Source: an uncultured cyanobacterium (GTDB lineage Bacteria; Cyanobacteriota; Cyanobacteriia; CAKZMO01). Taken from it: a stretch of DNA of 64,000 bases. The stretch spans positions 320,001-384,000 of the forward strand of contig CAVRCJ010000010.1 of the NCBI GenBank assembly GCA_963719515.1, given 5' to 3'. Numbering within the stretch: the first letter of the stretch is position 1; every line of letters begins with the position of its first letter. Below the pieces are notes generated by a model. It did no database searches. It saw only the letters and a program-made list of their open reading frames with translations, and was not told where the DNA came from. A program made the position numbers and the translations under genes. This document shows, piece by piece, positions 57,117 through 64,000 of this stretch.

Positions 57117-57751
57117 GGCAGCGCGTCTTTGAGCGCAGTCCGGGCCGCAAGGTGGCTGCGGGTCGTGGTCAAAATCTCGGCTTCGCGCTCTAGGCGCTCA
57201 ACGGTATCCTGCATCTCGAGAAGCATCTGCTGCTCAGGAGCAACGCCATACAGCGTATGGGCTACCCAATAAGAGAGGTCGAGCGGGGCCTCGGGAATAT
57301 CATCCGGCAGATTGATAGCTTGACCCGTTAGCTTTGCCGACAGGTGAACCACGTCCTGAAGCAGCTGACTCACTTCGGTGGACAGACCGCGCAGATCGCG
57401 CTCGGTAGGCTTGTCCTCCATCCACTCCACTAAGCCGACGTAATAGGGCTTCTCGCGCACGTATTCCAAGACGCGGAACCGCTGCTGCCCAATGGTGACG
57501 ATCTTCATGCGGTCGTCAGGCAGCCGCTCGCAGTGGACAAGCTCTGCGCAGCAGCCCACCGAGGCAATGTCGCCGCTAGCGGGATCATACATCACAACCC
57601 CAAAGCGGCGATCGCTCTGCAGAATTGTATTCATCATGATGCGGTAGCGGAACTCGAAAATGTGTAGGGGCAGCGGACGGCCAGGGAAAAGGACGACCTC
57701 AGGCAGTGGAAAAAGAGGAAGTTCGCGCACGGCAACGGATGGAGGAGTCAT
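57113..57751 (-). CDS. LON peptidase substrate-binding domain protein
   Basis: LPLFPLPEVVLFPG..LPLHIFEFRYR.M, GQQRFRV. Confidence 0.9.
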   Translation of the reverse strand: MTPPSVAVRELPLFPLPEVVLFPGRPLPLHIFEFRYRIMMNTILQSDRRFGVVMYDPASGDIASVGCCAELVHCERLPDDRMKIVTIGQQRFRVLEYVREKPYYVGLVEWMEDKPTERDLRGLSTEVSQLLQDVVHLSAKLTGQAINLPDDIPEAPLDLSYWVAHTLYGVAPEQQMLLEMQDTVERLEREAEILTTTRSHLAARTALKDALP

Positions 57752-58017
57752 TTAACGCCAGCCGTCATGAACGAATGACGGTGTAAAAGGTTACGTGACC
57801 TACAGGCCAGCGTGGCCGCAGCAGCCACTGAGTAAACGCAGGATTTGTAGGTGACGCTTACCAGTGTATCGTATTGTTTCAAATCGGACAGCCAGATACA
57901 GGCAATGGGGCACAGCGACAAGCCATGCCCCTTTAACGGGTAGGTTTCAGAGTGGCGATCGCGCCGAAAGCAGCCCTGAAGGATCTACGCGTCCAGCGCC
58001 TAGGTTTAGTTCAAGAC

Positions 58018-58530
58018 CTAGACGTCGCGCTCGCTGAGCTCCCGGGTCATGTAGTCAAAAGGCTCAGCGACGATAGAAGCCACATCGCCAATCTCAGCTT
58101 CGCCGACCATCTGCATCACCATATCCTTTAGGATTTGGATGCCGACTACCGTTGGGCCAATGGGCACGCCGAGAGAGTTGTAGGTCTCGCGCAGCCCTTC
58201 CAGAACGCGCTCGTCAATCACGGTAGTGCTGCCGGAAACGAGAGCGTAGGTTGCGTAGCGCAAATAATAGTCCATATCGCGCAGGCAAGCGGCGTAGCGG
58301 CGAGTGGTGTAGGCATTCCCGCCGGGACGGATCAGCTCAGGAACGGCTTCAAACAGCGCCAGTCCCGCTCGTTTTACTACAGACGCCGCGTTGGCGTTAA
58401 TCATTGTCGCTGCCTGAACGCGAGCTGTCCCCGAGTCAAAGTACTCTTTCAGCTCGCTCAGGGCGTTTGTATCGAGGTAGCGCCCCGCCACGTCATAATC
58501 CCGGATTAAATCTGTTATCGCGTCTCGCAT
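58018..58530 (-). CDS. apcF: Allophycocyanin beta-18 subunit
   Basis: MRDAIT.LI..YD..GRYLD, GGNAYTTRRYAACLRDMDYYLRYA; 170 aa. Confidence 0.93.
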   Translation of the reverse strand: MRDAITDLIRDYDVAGRYLDTNALSELKEYFDSGTARVQAATMINANAASVVKRAGLALFEAVPELIRPGGNAYTTRRYAACLRDMDYYLRYATYALVSGSTTVIDERVLEGLRETYNSLGVPIGPTVVGIQILKDMVMQMVGEAEIGDVASIVAEPFDYMTRELSERDV

Positions 58531-59607
58531 GCCGTTAAACCTCCAAGCGATTCTCCCAAGCCTATCACGAGCCAAATTTGATCGTGACTACACCCCTGAC
58601 TCTAGTCGCTTTCGAGGACACTTGGGCATTAAGTTTTGTGCATCTGCTTGAGGGGTTTTAAACCTCTTGGAGACTCCACATTTGCGCAACGCAGCTTGTG
58701 GTGAGTTGGGCTTGTGCCCGTAGTGGCAGGTTGAGCTTGGCCTGCTAGTAGCGAGTTAGGCTTACGCCAGTATCGGCAAGTTAGGCTTACACCTACATTG
58801 GAGGACCGTTGAAGATTCTCGGCGTCTCGGCGTATTGCCACGACAGTGCAGCAGCACTGCTTTAGAAAAATGGCTCAAGCGAAGGGTGCAACCCTGACGC
58901 TAGTGCTCATTCCGGCAATTGATAATTTTATGCGGCAAGCCCCTGAAGCGCCGCTGACCATCCAGCCTGTTTTTCGGTAGTTTGCGGCGCAGCGAGGCAT
59001 TGAGCTCATCGACTTAGCTCATCGATTTAATAGAGATGCCAAATGAGCCCGACTACGCCAGGTACCACCACACCTGCGATCGTCGTCGGTCAGCCTACAG
59101 AAACCAGGTGGCGGCAGAGGCGATCGCCCGCTAGATAGGCAGCTGAGCCGCATCACCCCGGCGCGCAACTTGACCAAGGCTCGCCTGCAGTCTGAATTGG
59201 CAGCGCCGTCCAAAAGCTAAGCTTTTCCTTAAAACAGGCAGTCGGACCGAGGGACGCTCCAGTGCTGCGCTAGCATTCAGGCTATACGCAATTTACCGGC
59301 CATGCTTATCTTCATTCGTCCGGTAAGATTGTTCAGCACCCAATGTTGCTCTATCTTGCGCGATCGCTTTCCCCTGAACTTTCGTCGCGCGTTTTGAAAG
59401 CGGTTTAGCGTAGGTTCAAGTCACAGTTGTCAGGATGTCTGGCTGCTAGAACTGTAAGGTTGTTACCAAGTTGCTTTGGCAAGATTTTTAAGCCCTGATA
59501 GATGCTCGTCCCTGGGCACTTCAAACCGGTAGGCAAAGCAGACGCTACGCCAAAGGCGGTGTGACGGATGCTGACGTTGTACTTTCAAACTGGACCCAAA
59601 TCTTCCT

Positions 59608-62238
59608 ATGACATCTGGCAATCTAGATCGCAGCACTCTAGCTCAAACACCTCCAAAGCAAGGCATTCCGGACGCTGGGGATCGCGCTCACCAGTCCACC
59701 GAAGCCTCCATCAGCCATGGCGTCTACGTCACGGTTCACGGCCACTTCTACCAACCCCCGCGAGAGAATCCCTACCTCGACGCCATCGAGCGGCAGCCCA
59801 GCGCCTCCCCCTTCCACGATTGGAACGAGCGCATCCACTACGAGTGCTATCGCCCTAACGCTTTTGCCCGCATCCTCAACAGCGCGGGCGAGGTGATGGA
59901 GATTGTCAATACCTACGAGTACTTAAGCTTCAACATCGGCCCCACGCTGATGAGCTGGCTAGAGCGCTACGACCTAGAGGTCTACCAGCGGATTCTAGAC
60001 GCGGACCGCAAGAGCTGCGATCGCCTCAATGGTCACGGTAATGCGATCGCCCAAGCCTACAACCACATCATCTTGCCTCTGGCCAACGACCCGGACAAGC
60101 GGACCCAAATTCGCTGGGGCAAGGCCGACTTTAAGTCTCGCTTTGGCCGCGATCCCGAGGGCATGTGGCTGGCGGAGACCGCCGTAGACTACATCACGCT
60201 GTCCATCCTCATCGAAGAGGGCATCCGCTTCATTGTCTTGGCCCCTTCTCAGGCCCAGCGCTGCCGCGTCTTGCGGGCCGCTGAGCGCCCCCAAGCCGAA
60301 TGGGTGGAAGTGGGCGGCGGGCAGATTGATCCCGTGCAGCCCTACCGCTGCTATGTGCCTTCCGGAGCAGCGAGTGAGGGAGAGCCGCCCTACATCGACA
60401 TCTTCTTCTATGACGGCCCCATCTCCAGAGATATGGGCTTTAACGAAGTGCTCACCAGCTCCCAGCGTTTTGCGAGCCGCGTGGGGCAGGCGGTGCGCGG
60501 GGATCACCGGGAAGCGCAGCTGATCTCAGTGGCCACCGACGGCGAGACCTTTGGCCACCACAAAGGCGGGGCGGAGAAAGCCCTGGCCTACGCCGTCACC
60601 CATGAGTTCCCGGCTCAAGGCTGGACGGTGACCAATTTTGCCCATTACCTCAGCCTTCACCCCCCCACTTGGGAGGTGGAGCTAAAACCCGTCACCGCTT
60701 GGAGCTGCTCCCACGGGGTGGACCGCTGGCAAGACGACTGTGGCTGCGGGGGCGGAGGTACTTGGAATCAGCAGTGGCGGCGACCGCTGCGGGACAGCTT
60801 GGACTGGCTTCGAGACCGGCTAATTCCGGTATACGAGCAGATGGGTGCGGCGCTGTTTCTAGATCCCTGGGAGGCGCGGGATGCCTACATCGCTATCCTG
60901 CGCAATCGCGGCGAAGCAGCGCTCAGCGGCTTTTTTGAGCAGCACCAGTCTCATCCCCTGTCGTCAGCCGAGCGCGTCGATGCCCTGCGGCTGCTAGAGC
61001 TACAGCGCCACGCCTTGCTGATGTACACCAGCTGCGGCTGGTTCTTCGACGAAATCTCTCGCCCTGAGGGAACACAAATTTTGCGCTATGCGGCCCGCGC
61101 CATTGAGCTTGCGGGCGAGGTGGCCGGGGTGCAGCTAGAGCAAGAGTTCGTAGAGCGCCTCAGCGCTGCCCCCAGCAACGTAGACTGCTTTAAGCACGGC
61201 GGCGATATCTACCATCAGCTGGTCAGCCCCTCCCGCATTGGCCTAGGTCAGGTGGCGGCCCACTACGCCATCAGCTCTCTTTTTAATCCCTACAACGCCA
61301 CCCAGCGACTCTACTGCTACAAGGCTCACCGCATAGACTACCAGCACCAGCGCATTGGCCCCTTGACCCTGGCAGTGGGGCAGCTGCAGCTCACCTTTGA
61401 GACCACCCAGGAAACGGTTCATCTCGTCTTTGGCGTCCTGCATCTAGGGGGATGGGATTTCCACTGCTGCATCGCCCCTTTCACCGGACGGCTATCTTAC
61501 GCCCAGACCAAGGCTGAGCTATTTAACACCTTGGGACAGGCCAGCGTGGCTCAGCTGATTGTGGCGATGAACCGCACTTTGGGGGAGGAGAGCTACAGCC
61601 TGCAGGATCTGTTTGCTGAGGAGCGCCACCGGATTATGCGGCTGCTGAGTCAGGAGACGCTGCAGCGGCTAGACCAGCTCTACACCCAGACCTACCGCGA
61701 TAACTACAGCATCTTGGCGGCCTTCCATCGAGACGGTCTAGAGGTGCCCCAAGAGCTGCAGGTGGCCGCCGATATTGCCCTCAACCACCGGGCAATGTCG
61801 ATGCTTCGGGTGCTAGAGCAAGAGGTCGGCCAGGATTCAACCTTACCCACCACCGCGATCGCTGAGCTAGAGGCGATCGCCGTCGAAGCCGACCAGCTGC
61901 ACTGCCGGCTACAGCTGACGGAGGGCAAGCACATTGTGCAGCGCCTGATTCTGCGATCGCTGTGGCAGCTGCTTCAAGACTTCCAAACGGAGACCATCGC
62001 CGTAGAGGCCAACTGGCTGCAGCGGCTGATTGACCTGGGCGATCGCCTCCGTTTGGGGCTATCCCTAGACCGCGCCCAGGAGCTGTATTTGCGCAGCCTG
62101 CGGGACAGCGTGGTGCCTCAGCTGCTGGCGCAGCCAGTAGCGCTACGGGTAGCGGCGCTGGAGGATTTGCGGCAGCTCCTGCTGCTGGGACAGCGATTGG
62201 CGGTGGATGTTGACCACCTGCTGGCAGAACTGAACTGA
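59608..62238 (+). CDS. GH57-family / DUF3536 domain protein
   Basis: HGHFYQPPRE, YNHII.PL, GMWLAETAV, TDGETFGHH, MYTSCGWFF. Confidence 0.9.
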   Translation: MTSGNLDRSTLAQTPPKQGIPDAGDRAHQSTEASISHGVYVTVHGHFYQPPRENPYLDAIERQPSASPFHDWNERIHYECYRPNAFARILNSAGEVMEIVNTYEYLSFNIGPTLMSWLERYDLEVYQRILDADRKSCDRLNGHGNAIAQAYNHIILPLANDPDKRTQIRWGKADFKSRFGRDPEGMWLAETAVDYITLSILIEEGIRFIVLAPSQAQRCRVLRAAERPQAEWVEVGGGQIDPVQPYRCYVPSGAASEGEPPYIDIFFYDGPISRDMGFNEVLTSSQRFASRVGQAVRGDHREAQLISVATDGETFGHHKGGAEKALAYAVTHEFPAQGWTVTNFAHYLSLHPPTWEVELKPVTAWSCSHGVDRWQDDCGCGGGGTWNQQWRRPLRDSLDWLRDRLIPVYEQMGAALFLDPWEARDAYIAILRNRGEAALSGFFEQHQSHPLSSAERVDALRLLELQRHALLMYTSCGWFFDEISRPEGTQILRYAARAIELAGEVAGVQLEQEFVERLSAAPSNVDCFKHGGDIYHQLVSPSRIGLGQVAAHYAISSLFNPYNATQRLYCYKAHRIDYQHQRIGPLTLAVGQLQLTFETTQETVHLVFGVLHLGGWDFHCCIAPFTGRLSYAQTKAELFNTLGQASVAQLIVAMNRTLGEESYSLQDLFAEERHRIMRLLSQETLQRLDQLYTQTYRDNYSILAAFHRDGLEVPQELQVAADIALNHRAMSMLRVLEQEVGQDSTLPTTAIAELEAIAVEADQLHCRLQLTEGKHIVQRLILRSLWQLLQDFQTETIAVEANWLQRLIDLGDRLRLGLSLDRAQELYLRSLRDSVVPQLLAQPVALRVAALEDLRQLLLLGQRLAVDVDHLLAELN

Positions 62239-62373
62239 CCCCCTGTAGTCTCCCAGCTACGAGGGGATTACAAAGGATTTTCCCAAGATCTATCGCCCTA
62301 CGCGGAAATTTAGATCAACTGCGACAGCGATGGTTTATACTTGAAGACCGTGTTGGACAAAGGTGTCCACCGA

Positions 62374-62454
62374 GCGGATGTGGCGGAATTGGTATACGCG
62401 CACGCTTGAGGTGCGTGTGGCATTGCCTTGCGAGTTCGAGTCTCGCCATCCGCA
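62374..62454 (+). tRNA. tRNA-Leu(GAG)
   Basis: GCGGATG/CATCCGC acceptor, CACGC-TTGAGGT-GCGTG anticodon arm, long variable arm, GTTCGAGT T-loop. Confidence 0.96.
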
Positions 62455-62476
62455 TCATTCTGGGAGTTAATCCCTC

Positions 62477-62514
62477 ACAGCAGGAGCGAACGATTGTTTG
62501 CTCCTGCTGTTTTT
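62477..62514 (+). terminator. Rho-independent terminator after tRNA-Leu
   Basis: acagcaggagc...gctcctgctgt stem followed by a T-tract. Confidence 0.8.
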
Positions 62515-62575
62515 ATTAGGAGAACGAAACCCAGTCTCTGACGGGGCGATCGCGCTGGGCTAGCTGGGCTAATAG

Positions 62576-62764
62576 TTAACCGCGCCCGGCAGTTGCGTCT
62601 ACTGGCTCAATCTCCGACAGCCTGAAGGTCACCAGCTTATCCCAGTTTCCTCCCTCAAACAGGACTGCAGCGTTACCGTCAGAAATCCGCTGTACAAGCC
62701 CCTGAAAGCCATAGTAAGTGTCGTCAATGTTGGTGACTCGAACGGCTGATCCTGGAAATATCAT
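62576..62764 (-). CDS. ndhS: NDH-1 subunit S
   Basis: PGSAVRV...[27 protein letters not shown]. Confidence 0.93.
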   Translation of the reverse strand: MIFPGSAVRVTNIDDTYYGFQGLVQRISDGNAAVLFEGGNWDKLVTFRLSEIEPVDATAGRG

Positions 62765-62965
62765 TGTGTGTATGCCTCTATAGTCATTGGGGCAGCTCTA
62801 ACCGCTGCAGATCCTTTCATAGCTTAAGCTATTGACGCTGTGGAGGTGCAACAGCCCAGCGGCGGTTTCAACATTATGTGACGCGAGGCGCGGGGAAATA
62901 GGTATAAACGCTAAAATTACACCACAAAACGCCATGTCAACCCGCAAATCAGCGGCATCAACACA

Positions 62966-63670
62966 ATGGCACCCCTCTTATTCCGCGATCGCACTGACGC
63001 TGGGGCACAGCTTGCCGCTCGGCTTGAAAGCTATGCCAACCGGTCAGACGTCGTCGTTCTAGGGCTCCCTCGGGGTGGGGTGCCGGTGGCCTCCGAAGTG
63101 GCAAAGGCGCTGAACGTGCCGCTAGACGTGTGCGTGGTGCGCAAGCTCGGCGTGCCGGGGCAAGAGGAGCTGGCCATGGGGGCGATCGCCGACAACATCT
63201 GCTACCTCAATCGGGCGATCGTCGAGCGCTGTCGGGTCTCGGCGGCGGTAATAGAGCAGGTGACCCAGCAGGAGCGGCAGGAGCTAGAGCGGCGTCAGCG
63301 AATCTATGGGCGCAATCGCTCGCCCATAGACCTGTGCGGACGGACAGTCATTCTTGTCGATGACGGTTTAGCCACCGGGGCCACCATGATCGCCGCCGTT
63401 GAAGCAGTCAAACGGCGGTCCCCAAGCGCTATTGTTGTCTCTGTTCCCGTTGCGGCCTCAGAAACCTGCCGCCTTCTGAGTCGCCGGGTGGATAGCGTCA
63501 TCAGCGCGACACAGCCCAAGAGGCTGCGGGCAATTGGGTTGTGGTACGAAGACTTTTCGCAGACGACGGACGAAGAGGTGCGAGATCTGCTTCGCCGCCC
63601 CTACGCAGAACCTAACGCCAGCGAGGGGAAATGTTCCGGGCCAGCCAGCAGCAGCGATCGCGCTCTGTAG
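62966..63670 (+). CDS. Phosphoribosyltransferase family protein
   Basis: FRDR.DAG, LPRGGVPVA, VILVDDGLATGAT. Confidence 0.9.
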   Translation: MAPLLFRDRTDAGAQLAARLESYANRSDVVVLGLPRGGVPVASEVAKALNVPLDVCVVRKLGVPGQEELAMGAIADNICYLNRAIVERCRVSAAVIEQVTQQERQELERRQRIYGRNRSPIDLCGRTVILVDDGLATGATMIAAVEAVKRRSPSAIVVSVPVAASETCRLLSRRVDSVISATQPKRLRAIGLWYEDFSQTTDEEVRDLLRRPYAEPNASEGKCSGPASSSDRAL

Positions 63671-63681
63671 GCCCAAACGCT

Positions 63682-64000
63682 CTATGGCTCTTCCATAGAG
63701 GGAGCCTCTCCCAAATACACCTCAATTACTCGAGGGTTATTTTGAACTTCCTCCATGGATCCCTCACAAAGTAGCGATCCTTCGTGCAGCACCGTCACCT
63801 TGCGGGCGATCTGGCGCACAAACTCCATATCGTGCTCAATCACAACGACAGAATGACTCTCCGCCAGGGCCAGCAATAGCTCCCCCGTTTGGGCCGTCTC
63901 CTCATCCGTCATCCCCGCCACCGGCTCGTCCACCAGCAGCAAATCTGGCGACTGGGCCACCAGCATGCCAATTTCCAGCCACTGCTTTTCCCCATGGGAC
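63682..64000 (-). CDS. urtD: Urea ABC transporter ATP-binding protein, C-terminal part (runs off window end)
   Basis: SHGEKQWLEIGML, LLLVDEPVAGMT, IEHDMEFV, VIEVYLG. Confidence 0.88.
   Translation of the reverse strand, partial: SHGEKQWLEIGMLVAQSPDLLLVDEPVAGMTDEETAQTGELLLALAESHSVVVIEHDMEFVRQIARKVTVLHEGSLLCEGSMEEVQNNPRVIEVYLGEAPSMEEP

Noticed and set aside
59530..59580. Possible c-di-GMP-I riboswitch (GGCAAA...GACG)
   Set aside because: Lacks the GAAA tetraloop, the GACGCAAA continuation and the P3 arm.

Overview
Cyanobacterial chromosomal segment. The HIP1 octamer GCGATCGC is very frequent and psb30, apcF and ndhS are present; a Leptolyngbya/Nodosilinea-like source is inference. Most of the window is housekeeping: pgm (partial), trx, moeB, recJ, larE, glgP, ychF, ygfZ, prs, rpiA, rbsK, pheA, apcF, ndhS, urtD (partial) and three tRNAs (Pro, Thr, Leu). 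Four parts stand out. (1) An integrase-less accessory island of about 10.4 kb (about 4630-15060) is bracketed by two copies of the 3' end of the Mov34/M67 gene. It carries a paired AAA_35 (STAND-like) module (disrupted TIR-AAA_35 plus AAA_35-TM-coiled-coil-TPR), three PD-(D/E)XK-type nucleases, an XRE switch with a divergent promoter, REPs, a MITE and HIP1-associated micro-rearrangements. (2) Four members of one IS200/IS605 family: an intact tnpB element, a doubly deleted copy, and two near-identical 422-bp elements with no tnpA/tnpB that keep both ends, a candidate promoter and a covarying omega-RNA-like scaffold. The target motif TTTAA is deducible from the sequence. (3) An ECF sigma/anti-sigma/CHRD module with two identical divergent GGATCC-N16-CGTA promoter motifs. 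(4) A PatA-CheY-CheW-MCP-MCP-CheA cluster with divergent receptor tips. Several frameshifts fall in short homopolymers and may be assembly errors. All family assignments come from motif recognition by eye; no searches were run.
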